Positions 45,601 to 60,600 of a stretch of DNA of 61,647 bases are shown here, piece by piece; within the stretch, counting starts at the first letter, position 1, and each line of letters starts with the position of its first letter. A model generated the notes under the pieces. That model had not been told where the DNA came from. It searched no databases and worked only from the letters and a program-made list of their open reading frames with translations. The position numbers and the translations under genes are program-made. Source of the DNA: Candidatus Omnitrophota bacterium (GTDB lineage: Bacteria; Omnitrophota; Gorgyraeia; 2-01-FULL-45-10). The stretch covers positions 1 to 61,647 of the forward strand of contig JAPLME010000005.1 of NCBI GenBank assembly GCA_026387175.1, given 5' to 3'.

Positions 45601-48600
45601 AATGTCAGTAATAACACTAACTGGATATTCGGCATGACCGGTTTTAATTATTGGACAAATACTTCGGGCGACGGCTTATGGTCTACAGCCGCCAACTGGT
45701 CCACAGGAGTTGTGCCGATTTCAGTTGACAATGTTGTATTTAACACCGTCTCAAGTTCAAACTGCAGTTTCGATACAGGGGTGACTAATACGACAGTCGG
45801 CAGCCTCACTTTAGGCGCCGGCTATATAGGCACCCTGACCTTAGCTAAAAGTATTACAATTGGCGGATTGCTTGTTGTAACTCAAGGGACATTTGATGCC
45901 GCTACCTACAATGTAACTGCGGCGGGCCTTCTTTCCACAGGAGCCTTAGCCCGCACACTGAATTTAGGCACAGGAAGCACCTGGACCATCTCAGGTAACT
46001 GGGGCTCTTCTGGCGGCAATATTACGGTTAACCCCGGCACCTCCACCGTTACTCTTACAGGAGACGGCACGGTTAAGGCCTGCCCCAGCGTCACCACTTT
46101 CTATAACCTCTCAGCGGCTGCGTCAGGCAAAACTACTACTATCGCCAGGGATCCTTCTAAGAATATATGGGTAGCAGGGGGACAAAGCACCAATACCCTT
46201 GCTTATTCTTCCGACGGCATTACTTGGACAGGCTTGGGCAAAAGCATATTTTCATATTGGGGTAACGCCGTTGCATGGAATGGTACTTGTTGGGTAGCAG
46301 GGGGCTATAGCGGTGGGACCGGCACGACTCTTGCCTATTCTTCCGATGGTATTAATTGGACTGGTTTAGGCGCAAGTCTGCTTAATAACTGGTGCAATTC
46401 TATTACCTGGAACGGCACCCGCTTCGTAGCGACAGGCAACGGCGCCAACACTCTTGCCTACTCCTCTGATGGTATTAACTGGAACGCAGTATCTAACTCA
46501 TTAACTAACATATTTTCGACTCAAGGCATGTGCTCTGCCTGGAACGGCACACGCTTTGTAGCCGGAGGCGCCGGTACTAATACTTTGGCATACTCTTCCG
46601 ACGGCATTACCTGGACAGGCTTAGGCACAAGCATATTCTCAAGCTATGGCTGTCGCGGTGTTGCCTGGAACGGCACCCGTTTCGTAGCAGTAGGAGATGG
46701 GCCTGATACAATTGCCTACTCTTCTAACGGGATTACCTGGACTCCGGCGTCTAACTCAATAAGCATATTCTCAACCCGTGGCCGCGGTATTGCCTGGAAC
46801 GGTACTCGTTTCGTAGCAGTAGGAGAAGGCACCAACTCCATTGCCTACTCTTCCGACGGCATTACCTGGACAGGCTTAGGTATAAGCATAATTAATAGCT
46901 ATGGCCAGTCTGTTGCCTGGAACGGTACTCGTTGGGTGGCAGGAGGCAATGGCTCAGGCAACCCCGGCATTGCCTACTCTTCTGACGGTATTACTTGGAC
47001 TGCAGTAGCTGGCTCACAATCCATCGTGGAAATATTCTGTGGCATTGCTTTCAGTTCCGCCCCCAAACTCGTTCCGCCCATCCTGAGCGATGACATAAAG
47101 GTCTCAAATGCCCTCACATTAGGCGGCGGCACACTCACCCGTAATGGCACTGACGTGGTGGCCTTAACCTTAACGAGCGCCACTCCTACTGTAACATTAG
47201 GAGGCTCCACAATAAGTAATAACGCTATTATAAGGTATGCTCCTGTAGCCAGTACAGGCACTACTACTGTCACTATCCCAGGAGGAGCCTACTCAGGTGC
47301 CAGGGTAGAGGCCTATACCAAGCTTAATGGAAGCGTCACCCAGCCTCAAGGAGCTGTTACATATCAGTTGGGGGGGAGTATCACCTCATTAGCTAATCTA
47401 AACATCTACGCTGATGTAGGGCTACCTGCCACTACATTCAGCTTAGTAAACGGCGCTAATAACTATAACCTCACTTCTTCCAGCCTTACATTAGGTAAGG
47501 ATGAAGTAACTAACGGCTCTGTCACATTTAACTCAGGTTCAGGCACAGTAGCTCTTGCCTCACTCACAAACCTCGTGCCTTCCACTAATAATAGCGGTTT
47601 ACACACTCTTAACCTTAATACATCTACCTGGAACGTGGCAGGGGACTGGGATACATCAGGTAATAACATCATACTTAACCCAAATACCTCAACCGTTAAC
47701 CTCACAGATAACGGCACACTTAAGACTAACCCTTCTACCACAAGCTTCTATAACCTGTCCTGCGCGGCATCAGGGAAGACCACTACAGTCGCCAGAGATC
47801 CTTCTAAGAATATGTGGGTGGCAGTGGGCAACGGCACTAACTCCATCGCCTACTCTTCAGACGGTATTGCCTGGGTAGGTTTAGGCTCAAGCATATTCTC
47901 AACTTATGGCTATGGCGTTTGCTGGAATGGCTCTAAGTTCGTGGCTGTAGGACAAGGCGCCAATTCCCTTGCTTACTCCTCCGACGGGATTACCTGGACA
48001 GGTTTGGGTTCAAGCATATTCTCAGCCTATGGCCGTGGCGTCTGTTGGAATGGCTCTAAGTTCGTGGCTGTAGGCGGCGGTACTAACTCCTTTGCCTATT
48101 CCTCTGATGGTATTATCTGGACAGGTTTGGGTAATAGCATATTCGGGAGTTCTGGTTTTGGCGTTGCCTGGAGCGGTATCCGCTTCGTAGCAGTAGGTTA
48201 CGCTAACAACACCCTTGCCTACTCTTCTGATGGTATTACCTGGACAGGCTTAGGTACAGGCATATTCTCAACCCAGAGCTATGGCGTCTGTTGGAACGGC
48301 TCTAAGTTCGTGGCAGGAGGCTATGGCACCAACTCCCTTGCCTACTCTTCTGATGGTATTACCTGGACAGGCCAAGGCGATATCGCACTCAGCTACAAGG
48401 ACCACGGTTTCGCCTGGAACGGCTCTAAATTCGTAGTAGTAGGCATAGGCAACACCCAAATTGGCTATTCAAATGATAACGGAGCTAGCTGGATAGGCTC
48501 AGGCGGAGGCATATTCTCATCCTCCGGCGCCGCCGCCGCCTGGAACGGCACCCGCTTCATAACCGTAGGCAACGGCACTAACTCTATTGCATACTCAACT

Positions 48601-51600
48601 GATGGCGTTACCTGGACAGGCCTGGGCACAAGTATATTCTCAGGCGGTGGCCTTGGCGTCTGCTCCATTCCCGCACCCAAACTCACTCCGCCTGTCTTAA
48701 GCGATGACATCCCGGTCTTAAATACCCTCACCTTAGGCGGCGGTACACTCACTCGTAACGGCACCGACCAGGTGGCCCTGACATTACGCAAAGACAATAC
48801 TGGCACGCCTCTAATATTAGGCGGTTCCACGATCAGTAATAACGCTATTATCCGCTTTGCTCCCGTAGCTGACCCATCAGCCGCTAAGCATGTCACTATA
48901 CCCGGAGGTGACTACGGCACCGCTCAGATAGAAGCCTATGTCCAGACCAATAGCGGTGTCGCCCAGCCTCAAGGGCTTATCGATTATCAGTTAGGGGGGA
49001 GCATTACAGGGGCCAGCAGCTTAAATGTCTACGCTGACTCAAACCTATCCACTACCTTTGGCTTAAATATCTATGACCTCTATAGCGTTACTCCGGGATA
49101 CGTATATATAGGTAAAGACTGCGCCAGAGGCCCGGTTACCTTTAATTCAGGCACAGGCGCATTGACCCTGGCCGCTACACCCCTCTCAAGCATAGTAGCG
49201 GATAACGCGGGAAGCCACACGCTCAATATGAACTCTTCCACCTGGAATATCTCCGGCGACTGGCGTCCTGAAGGGCTAACCAGTGATACCTCCAGCTCAC
49301 TCAGTGTAGTCCCCGGCACATCCACTCTTAATATCACCGGCACAGGCACTACAAATATCTACGGTTCAAAGACCGCCACTCCTTCGACGCCGCTTTATAA
49401 CCTTTACACACCTACCGGCGGCTTAGCGAATAAGACCATTAAGGTCAACGCCGGAAGCACGCTCCAAATAGCAGGCACTTTGAAATTACAGGGGCAGAGT
49501 TCAGGCAGCCTTCTTTATTTCCAGAGCACTACTGCAGGTACACCAGCTAACCTTAACGTCACGGGCTCATCCGTTAACATGCAATATCTTAATGTTACAG
49601 ACTCCAATGCTTCAGGTGGTAAGCCTATCCTTGCCTATTCTTCCACTATTGACACTTATAGCTTAAACCATAACTGGGTCAGCGGCACTCTTGGCAATGT
49701 TTACTGGACCAACGCGTCGGGCGATGGTAAATGGTCCACAGCCGCCAACTGGTCCACAGGCGCTGTGCCGGTTTCGACAGACTCAGTCGTGTTTAACGCC
49801 GCCTCAGTCGCAAACTGCTCAGTTGATGCCGGAGTGACTTCCAGCATAGCCCTAGCTAACCTCACCCTTGACAACGGCTACGCAGGCACGGTTACCTTAA
49901 GCTCCACCTCAGGGGTAGATTTAACAGTCACCAATTCCATTGCTATAAACACTAATGGCGGAAAACTTAACGACAATGGCAGGACAGTAAACTTTAAAAA
50001 TGCTTCTATTGCCAATGAAGCTAACCGCCTGACTTCAAGCGGCAATTGGAAGATGACAGCCAGCGGAAATTTTGCAAGTGCTTACAATGTTCAATTCTAC
50101 AGCCTTGAACTGGCAAGCGGAGTTACTGCGACTTTAACAGATACAGTATGCTTGAGACGCCTTATTCTTGGGAATAATTCTACACTTACAGGCAACTATA
50201 CTTTAAGCATTGCTGGCGCTACAAGCAATAATTTCATTACTCAAGGTACGGGGGCAACCATTAATTCAACAATTGGAATATGGCTGTATGCGGATGTAAG
50301 CCAGGGTGCCCTGATCACAACTGGGCAGGTAATGATAGCAAATACCGTTAATCATACTTTAACGATGACGGATAACTGGAATATTGGGGGAAATCTACAG
50401 ATTAGTGGTCAGAACTACGCTGGCGCAGCCGCCACCCTTGATACCAACGGCCACAACCTCACCGTAGGTAGTTACTTACAATTGGGATATAACGGTTCTT
50501 CCGGTAATCAGTATCTAGGTAAGATTCTTTTTAGAACCGGCACACATAGTATTAACGGCAATATATATGTTGGAGGTTCAAACACCCACGGCTACATCAG
50601 CATGGGCTCATCGCCGTCCGGCGCGGGCGGCGCATATTATGGCGATTTCACCGCTACTAATGCCTTTGCCTGGGTTTCGGGTGCCGACCTTTCTCTATAT
50701 GTAGGCACAGACGGAGGCAATACCCCGTATTATATAGAATTCACTGACAATGCGGGCAAGAAGGCAAAAGGATATCTTGGGTCAGGAGGGACAGGGGAGG
50801 CGCTGGGGAGTGAAATATTAACAAATGGTACGGCATTAGTAGATTCAAATTCAGATGGACTTGCTGATAGTGTAGCTACGCTGTCCAATGGAGGCGGAAG
50901 CGGCACCTTTTCAATTGTTACGGGGAATGGCTTTCCAGGAAACGCCCAGAGAGAAAGTCAAACTTCTACAAGCGGAGGTTATGGTTTTCAAATACAGCCT
51001 ACATCAGTCCCGGGTAGGTTACTAAAAACTTCTTTCAAATATAGAGCGAGTAATAGCATTAACTGGGAATTTGCTGATGGTGGTTATTATCCGTCGAACC
51101 CTCCGGCAAATACCGGAAATGCAGTTGATTGGTTTTTGTACAGAACAGAAAAATCTTGGAGGTTTGGTTTTTATAATTACGGCACTAGCGGTAGTTGGTT
51201 TGAAATTGGTAATATGTCCGTTAAGCAAGCCGTCGAGCCTGCAGGCCCCTCCTCTGGCGGCCTGCATATCGTCTCCGCGAATGGCGGCGCCACGCGCGCC
51301 TGGACTAACATAGACTCAGGGTTCAATTATAACAATATCTCATCTTACAAGATTTACTCTTCAGCCGATAATTCTTTAGCTCCCAATGCCTCAGCCACTG
51401 TCAATCTGGCAGGAGACCTTGATCTGCGTTACTGTTCTTTTGCTCCCGCAGGAACCATCAATTTTACCGGCGCAGGCACAAGTAAACTTTATGGCATACT
51501 CGATTACGCCTACAAAGACACAAGCATGGATACCATCGTTTTAAACAAAATACCGCTCTATAACCTCACCTCCACCGCCGTCGGTAAAACCATACAGGTA

Positions 51601-54600
51601 GAGGCAGGCAAGACCTTGCAGGTTGCAGGCAATATGACACTTCAGGGCGTCTCAGGCAACTTCATTAATTTCCAGAGCACGACTGCGGGAACCGCAGGTA
51701 ATCTTACCATGCTGGGCAACGCTACCAGTATGCAATACCTGAATGTCAAAGACTCTAATGCCTCAAGCGGGAAAAGTGTCATAACTCTTGGCTCTACCAA
51801 TGCCGGTAATAATACCAATTGGATATTTGGTGTTGCCGGCAATAACTACTGGCTCAATGCCTCAGGTGATGGTAAGTGGTCCACAGCTGGTAACTGGTCC
51901 ACCGGCGCTGTTCCGATTTCAACCGACTCGGTTATCTTTAATACCGCCTCAGTCTCAAACTGCTCAGTTGACCAGGCGGCTACAGTTGCCAACTTCACCC
52001 TCGACACAGGATACACAGGCACAGTTACTTTAAGCGCAACTTCAGGGCAGAATCTAACTGTTTCAGGAACCATCACCCTTAACTCCGGCAAACTTATTGA
52101 CAATGGAAGGACTGTTAATTTCGTAAACTTCAACATTGCCAATATAGCAGGGCTCCTTACCTCAACCGGCACCTGGGTTGAGACAAATAGCGGAACGTGT
52201 TCAAATCCTGCTTCCTACAGTAATTATATGTCAGTTCTTCAGATTGCAGACAACAAGACTTGCACGTTTACAAGTGATTGCCGTGTTAGTAATCAATTCA
52301 TCCTTGGTTCTTCTTCCGCAATTATTGTAAATGGAGGCTTTTACATTAACCCATCAATGAATAATCCTATTGTGCAAGGAACAGGAGCAGCGATAACAGT
52401 GAATAATTTGCTTTTTGAGAATAGCGCTTTCACTCAGGGAGCTATGAATATAACAGGCGATATTAGCGTGAGGACCTCTATATCCCCCGTTATTATGACT
52501 GGCAATTGGAGCACAACAGGAAACCTGAATCTTAGCCCAACTACATTCGGAGACACTAACGGCACAACGGTTCTTGATACCAACGGTTATAACCTTACGG
52601 TAGGTGGGAATATAAAGCTGGGCTCTTCTAATGTATCCTATCCTGGAAAACTTTCAGGCAAAATCCTATTTAGAACCGGCACACACACTATATCCGGGAA
52701 AATCTACACTGATAATGCAAGCGGCACATCATACACCCACGGCTATATCAGCATGGGCTCATCGCCATCCGGCGCGGGCGGCGCATATTATGGCGATTTC
52801 ACCGCTACTAATGCCTTTGCCTGGGTTTCGGGTGCCGACCTTTCAGCATACGCAGGTACTGATTCAGGCAGCACGTCATACTACGTTATATTCACCGATA
52901 GCGCAGGCAAAACTGCTAAGGGTTATATCGCAGGAAGCGGAAGCGGAGAGACATACGGAAGTGAACTCATTTCTAATACAACATTTGAGTCTGGGATTAC
53001 AGGGTGGAGTGGTCAAGGGGCAAATATATCCTGGAATACCACTACTCCGATAACGGGAAGCGGTTCGCTTCAAACATCGAATACCGCTTATGGCGGTGGT
53101 GCGTGTCTTCCAGTTAACACAACTGTTGGTTCATTTTATCGCGCAACCGGCAGCGTCAGAAAGGATTCCGGAAGTACTCGTAATTTGCGCTTTGGTTTCG
53201 GGGGGCCAAGCCACAACTATTCACCGCAGCCTATTATAGTTCCTTCTGCGCCAGCCGGATATTCAGGAACTTTTACCACTTACGGAACCGTAATTACGAA
53301 CTACAACACCTTGATTATAGTGAATGATGAATCTATTGATACAGTTTGCGATTGGGACGATTTATCTTGTAAGCAGCTTACCGAACCTCAGCCTTCCTTC
53401 TCCGGCGGCCTGCATATTGTCTCAGCCAATAATGGCACAACCCGCAGCTGGGCATCCGTAGATTCCGGATTTGATTACAATAATATCTCATCCTATAAAA
53501 TTTATAACTCAACCACTAATACCTTAGCTCCTGATGCCTCAGCCACAATTAACCTGGCAGGAGACCTTGATCTGCGTTACTGTTCTTTTGCCCCTGCCGG
53601 CATTATCAATATCACCGGCACAGGCACAAGCAAGCTCTATGGCATACTTGATTATACCTATAAAGATACGAGTATTGACACTCCCGTTGTAAACAAGATA
53701 CCTTTATATAACTTCACCTCAACCGTTGCGGGGAAGACCTTACAGGTTGAAGCGGGCAAGACCCTGCAAATCGCGGGCAATATGACGCTTCAGGGTGCAT
53801 CAGGAAATCTTCTGAATTTTCAGAGCACCACTGCGGGAACTGCAGGTAACCTTACCGTACTAGGCGGCGCCACAAATATGCAATACTTAAGTGTCAAGGA
53901 CTCCAATGCCTCGAGCGGGAAAGCGGTTGTAGCTTATAACTCTACCAATGTTAGCAATAATACCAACTGGATATTTGGCGTCACAGGTAATAACTATTGG
54001 CTCAATACCTCTGGCGATGGGAAATGGTCGACCGCCGCTAATTGGTCCACAGGCAGTGTGCCGGCTTCAATCGACAGTGTCTATTTTAACGCCGCCTCAA
54101 CCTCAAACTGCAGTGTTGATTCGGGAGTGACCCAGACAATAACCATTGCCAATCTCACCCTTGACACCGGTTACACAGGCACAGTTACCTTGAGCGCAAC
54201 TTCCGGAGTGGATTTAATAGTTAATAATTCCGTTACTATCAATACCAACGGCGGGAAACTGGTTGATAATGGCAGGGCAGTGAATTTTAAGAATGTTTCA
54301 ATTCCAAATGAAGCAAACCGCCTTGTTTCCACCGGTAACTGGAAGATGACAGCCAGTGGGAGTCTTGCCAATCTTTACGGAGGGAATCCATTTAACAGCC
54401 TTGAGCTGGCAGCCGGAGTTAACGCAAGTCTTTCAAGCGGCGGCATGCATCTTACAAGATACCTTAATATGGGGAGTAATTCTACTTTTAGCAATGGTTC
54501 AATATGTATATTCTGCCCTACCGTAGATAATTTCCTCATTTATAGCGCAGGCGCGACGATTCCGGTTCTATGGATTTTCTTAGCTTCTAGTAGAAGCCAA

Positions 54601-57600
54601 GGATCTCTGCCGTCGGGTGGATGTGTAATTGTTTGCGGGCCGGATGGCGGCGGTAATTATACTTTAACTATGACCAGTGATTGGAGTATAGGCGGTTACC
54701 TTAAGATATATGGCGGCGGCGGACCTGGCTCAACTGTTACCTTAGATACTAATAGCCATAATCTTACTGTACCTGGTAATTTATGGTTGGGACAGAGTAA
54801 TTCTAGTTACCCCAACTATTATCTGGGTAAAATCCTGTTCAGAAACGGTACCCATACTATAAATGGCAAGATTTATTGTGATGGCCAATACACCCACGGC
54901 TACATAAACATGGGCTCATCGCCATACGGCGCGGGCGGGACATACCTGGGCGATTTTACCACCGGCACCGCCTTTGCCTGGCTCTTTGGAGCGGACCTAT
55001 CTACATACGCCGGCACTGACAGCGACAGCACGCCGTATTACATCATTTTAACCGACAGCGCAGGCAAGACCGCGAAGGGATATATCGCAGCAGGCGGGAC
55101 AGGAGAGGCGCTCGGAACTGAATTAATCACAGCCAGCGATGATAGGACATTTGCGTCTGATACCGGATATTGGTCTCATAGCCCCGGGGTGGTATCGATA
55201 GCGGATGGAGTTTGTCACTTTTCCAATTCTATGAATAATGGTATAAGCCACGCTCAGTTTGCGGTAATGACTAAGAACAAACTTTATAAGTCGCTATTAA
55301 CAATCTCTAATTATAGTCAAGGAGGAGCATATGCCGCTAGTTGGGCTGATGGCGCTGGCGTTTCACACACATTCCGGTCTAATGGAAATAAGAGTGGTTA
55401 TTACGTAGGGGGATCTTATTTTGGTTTTATAGCTGCCGTTTCCGGGGCAACCACATTAGACATTGATGATATTTCATTGAAACAAGTCACCGAGCCTGCC
55501 GCTTCTTCTTCCGGCGGACTGCATATAGTATCCGCCAGTAACGGCGCCACCCGTAACTGGGCGAATATAGACTCGGGGTTTGATCCCAATAACATCTTAT
55601 ACTACAAAATCTACAACTCCGCCACCAATGCCTTGGCTCCCGACGCCTCAGCCACTGTCAATCTTGGCGGAGACCTGGACCTGCGTTACTGCTCACTCGC
55701 CCCTGCGGGGACTATAAATTTCACCGGCGCGGGCGCAAACGTTCTCTATGGTATCCTTGACTATGCTTATAATGACGCATCTGATCTTACGACCACCCTA
55801 CCGTTCTATAACCTCACCTCAACCGTCGCAGGCAAGACCATACAGGTAGAAGCAGGCAAGACCTTAAAGGTCGCGGGCAATATGACGCTTCAGGGCGCCT
55901 CAGGCAACCTGCTTAATTTCCAGAGCACGACTGCGGGAACCGCAGGTAACCTTACCGTGTTAGGCGGCGCCACAAATATGCAATACTTAAGTGTCAAGGA
56001 CTCCAATGCCTCAAGCGGGAAAGGTGTCGCAACGCTTAGTTCTACCAATGTCAGCAATAACACCAACTGGATATTCGGCGTCGCCGGAAACAGCTATTGG
56101 ACCAATGCATCAGGCGATGGTAAATGGTCCACGGCCGCTAACTGGTCCACAGGCAGTGTACCTACTTCAACTAGCAATGTCTATTTTAACACCGCCTCAA
56201 CCTCAAACTGCAGTGTTGACTCAGGAGTGACCCAGACAATAACCATTGCCAATCTCACCCTTGACACCGGTTACACAGGCACAGTTACCTTGAGCGCAAC
56301 CTCAGGAGTAGATTTAACTGTTACCAACTCCGTCACCATCAACACTAACGGCGGAAAACTGGTTGATAACGGTAGGACGGTAAGCTTTACGAATGTCTCT
56401 ATTGTTTATGAAGATTACCGCTTGACTTCTACCGGCAACTGGAAGATGACGGCCAGCGGAAATGTAACCAATGCTCACTGGAGAAATATATTTAAAAGCC
56501 TTGAATTAGCAAGCGGAGTTACTGCGACTATGACATCAGGTATGCAGCTTGCGAGGCGTCTTATCCTTGGGAATAATTCTACGCTTAGCAGTAGCAGCGG
56601 CGGCTCAGTATGTTTATATCCCGACGTAGATAATTTCATTACTCAGGGTACAGGAGCAACCATCACTTCGTTTCTATGGATTCAAATACAATCTAATAAA
56701 TCACAGGGGACTCTGACTACAGCTGGGGATGTAAGTTTTTCTGAAACTGATAACTATACTTTAACTATGACCGGTAACTGGAATCTCGGTGGTTGTCTTT
56801 ATATACAGGGTAGGGCGTTATCTGGCTCAACTGCTACCTTAGATACCAATGGCTATAACCTTACTGTAAGCACTTATTTGAGGGTAGGAAATTCCGACGT
56901 TTCATCTCCCAATAGTTATCTCGGCAAAATTCTGTTTAAAAACGGCACCCACACGATTGGCGGGAAGATTTACAGCGGCGGCCAATACACCCATGGCTGG
57001 ATCAGCATGGGCGCAACCTCGTCAGGCGCAACTACACACAACTCATACCCCTACCTGGGCGACTTCAGCGCTACCGGAGCTTTTGCTTATCTTCCGGGAG
57101 TAGACCTTTCTCCCTATGTCGGTACCGACTCGGGCAGCACTCCTTACTATATAATCTTTACTGACAATGCGGGAAAAACGGCTAAGGGCTATCTGGCAGC
57201 AGGCGGCACAGGAGAGGCGTTGGGAAGTGATGCTGTAGTAAATGGAAATATGGAGTTGGATAGTAACTGGATCAATCAGTCAACTCCCACAACAAATGAA
57301 AGGAGCTCTACTTACAATCATACTTCCGGCGGCACATACAGCCGTCATGTCGTAGGAACCAGTAATAGCCAGGGTATCCAGGAAGTAATAGCTTCTGCCC
57401 TTACTATTGGAAAATTATATAATTACAATCTCTGGGTTTATCCGGTAACAGGTAATTATTTCGGGGGTTATTTATCAGGTAATAACGGTTGCTCTCTCAT
57501 TATGCCCTCCGCGGCATTAAATAGCTGGAATAATTTCTCTGTTTACGGAACCTGCACCAATACCACTTTGGCCCCGCTTATCTATACCGGAATTGCCGGC

Positions 57601-60600
57601 CCCTCTGAGTTTTATGTGGATGATGTTTCGGTCAAGCAGGTTACCGAGCCTAAACTTGCTTATGACGGCGGCGTACATATTGTCTCTTCTGCCAATGGCG
57701 CCACCCGCGCCTGGACATCCGTAGATTCCGGATTTAATTATAGTCGTATCTCATCCTATAAAATCTACAACTCCGGCACCAATGCCTTAGCTCCCAATTA
57801 TTCAGCCACTGTCAATCTGGGAGGCGACTTAGATTTGCGTTACTGCTCAATAAGTCCTGCAGTTGGTACGATTAACTTCACCGGCACGGGCACAACCACA
57901 AGCTCTCTCTATGCCGTCTCTAGCTATGCTTATATGGACATGGTCTTAGATAATCCTAATGTCTATTATACTATCCCGCTATATAATCTCACCGCGAATT
58001 ATGCGACTGCCGGGTATGGCAAGACCCTGAAGGTAGAGGCGGGCAAGACCTTAAGCATCGCAGGTAACATGACGCTTCAGGGCGCCTCAGGTAGCCTGAT
58101 GAATTTTCAGAGCACCACTGCAGGCACTGCCGGCAGTTTAAATGTGCTGGGAACCGCAACCAATATGCAATACCTGAACGTCAAAGACTCCGATGCATCG
58201 AGCGGCAAGAAAGTCGTTACCACCGGTTCATCCGACTCAGGCAACAACCTAAACTGGGTCTTCGGTACAGCAGGCACGGTTTATTGGACCAATGCTTCAG
58301 GCGACGGCCTCTGGTCTACAGCCGCTAACTGGTCCACCGGCGCGGTGCCTCAGGCGACCGACTCAGTTGTCTTTAATACCGCCTCAACCTCAAATTGCTC
58401 AGTAGACGCCGGAGTAACTTCCAGTATAACCCTGGCCAATCTCACCCTTGATACCGGCTACACAGGCACACTTACCTTAAGCGCAACCTCAGGGGTGGAT
58501 TTAACCGTTACCAATTCAGTTATCATTAACACTAACGGCGGAATGTTCAATGATAATGGAAGGACCGTAAATTTCAAAAATGTTTCCATCGCCTACGATG
58601 CCAGCCATCTTACCTCAACCGGAAACTGGAAAATGACAGCCGATGGTAATATTTCAAATTCTTATAATGCCGCTGGTGTTTACACTTCGTTTAAAAACCT
58701 TGAGCTGGCATCCGGAGTTAAGGCAAATTTAACATACTTTGTTAATACAAAAGGCCTTATTATGAGAAATAATTCTCAAGCCAATTCTACCGGCGGCTAT
58801 ACTTTATACTTTCCTTCGGTTACAAATAATGACTTCATTAGCCAGGAAACAGGAGCAACCATTTCGGTGCCGATTTCAATAGGCCCAATTTCTACTAGTT
58901 TGAGTCAAAAGGCCTTAACCACAAATGGGAATGTAAGCGTTATTTATTTTGCCGGCACCCTAACCATGACCGATAACTGGAGTATTTTGGGGAACTTGAC
59001 ATTTTATGGTTCATCCAACGCTAGCCCTGCCATCTTAGACACTAATGGCCATAACCTTAGTGTGGGCAGTTATTTGAAATTAGGATGGAACAGGAATTCT
59101 TCATATGCTAATGACTACCTTGGTAAAGTCCTGTTTGGGACCGGCACCCACACTATCGGCGGTAACATTTATGTTGATGGTGGAAGCTCGCCCTCAACTT
59201 GCTATACTCACGGCTACCTTGACTTTGGCTCTGCTACGGTAAATGTAGGCGGGGACCTCGATTTCAGATGTGCCTCAGTTACTCCCGGGACTTCAAACGT
59301 AATTCTTACCGGTGCTACTGCTGCCAATATTTATAGCATTGTAGATTATACATATAAAGACGCTACATTAGATAACCCGGTATTAAATACCGCACCGCTC
59401 TATAAATTAACCTCAAGCGTAGCTGGTAAGACCGTTAGCTTCGAGGCAGGGAAGACCGTAACAATAGCCAATAACCTGAGCCTTGCGGGAACCGGCACGG
59501 GTAGTAATCTCCTGACTTTAAACTCCACCACAGCAGGCACTGCCGCTAACCTAAATGTCGCAAGCGGCGCTACAGTTACCGGCATGAACTACTTAAGTGT
59601 CAAAGACTCCGATGCCTCCAGCGGAAAGGGTGTTGTGGCGAATAACTCCACAAATGTAAGCAATAACACCAATTGGTTCTTTGGCGCAGCCGGTAGTAAT
59701 TATTGGATCAATATTTCCGGTGATGGAAAATGGTCCACAGCCGCTAACTGGTCCACGGGCAGCGTGCCGACTACAGCCGATAATGTTATATTAAACTCTA
59801 TATCAACCACAAACTGCAGTTTCGATACAGGGGTGACTAATACCACAGTAGCAAGCCTCACTCTGGATACAGGCTACACTGGTACTCTGACATTAGCTAA
59901 GGGTATTACAGTCACCGGAGCACTTACAGTAACCCAAGGAACATTTGATGTCGCTACATTTAATGTAAGTGCAGCGAGCTTCACCTCCACAGGAATATTG
60001 GCCCGCACATTGAACTTAGGTACAGGAACATGGACTATCTCAGGTAACTGGGACTCTTCGGGAGGCAACATTACGGTTAACCCCGGCACCTCCACCGTTA
60101 CTCTTACAGGAGACGGCACAGTTAAGGCTTGTCCAAGTGTTACTACTTTTTATAATCTCTCAGCCGCCGCCTCAGGTAAGACTACTACCATTGCTCGCGA
60201 TCCTTCTAAGAATACGTGGGTAGGCATAGGTTATGGCACCAATGCCCTCGCCTACTCTTCCGATGGCATTAACTGGACCGGATTAGGTACAAGCATATTT
60301 TCAAATGGTGGTATGGCTGCCGCTTGGAACGGCACCCGTTTTGTGGCTGTAGGGCAAGGCCAAGCTACAACCTCCATCGCATATTCTTTTGATGGCATCA
60401 CCTGGAATGCAGTACCTAACTCGAGACAAATATTGGACTATGGCTGTGATGTCGCCTGGAACGGTACTCGTTGGGTAGCGGCAGGCGCAACAGGTAGCAG
60501 CATTAATGGATCTATTGCGTATTCTCCAGACGGCATTACCTGGACTGGTTTAGGGACAAACGTATTTCCAGATCGAGCTTGGGCAGTTTGCTGGAACGGC

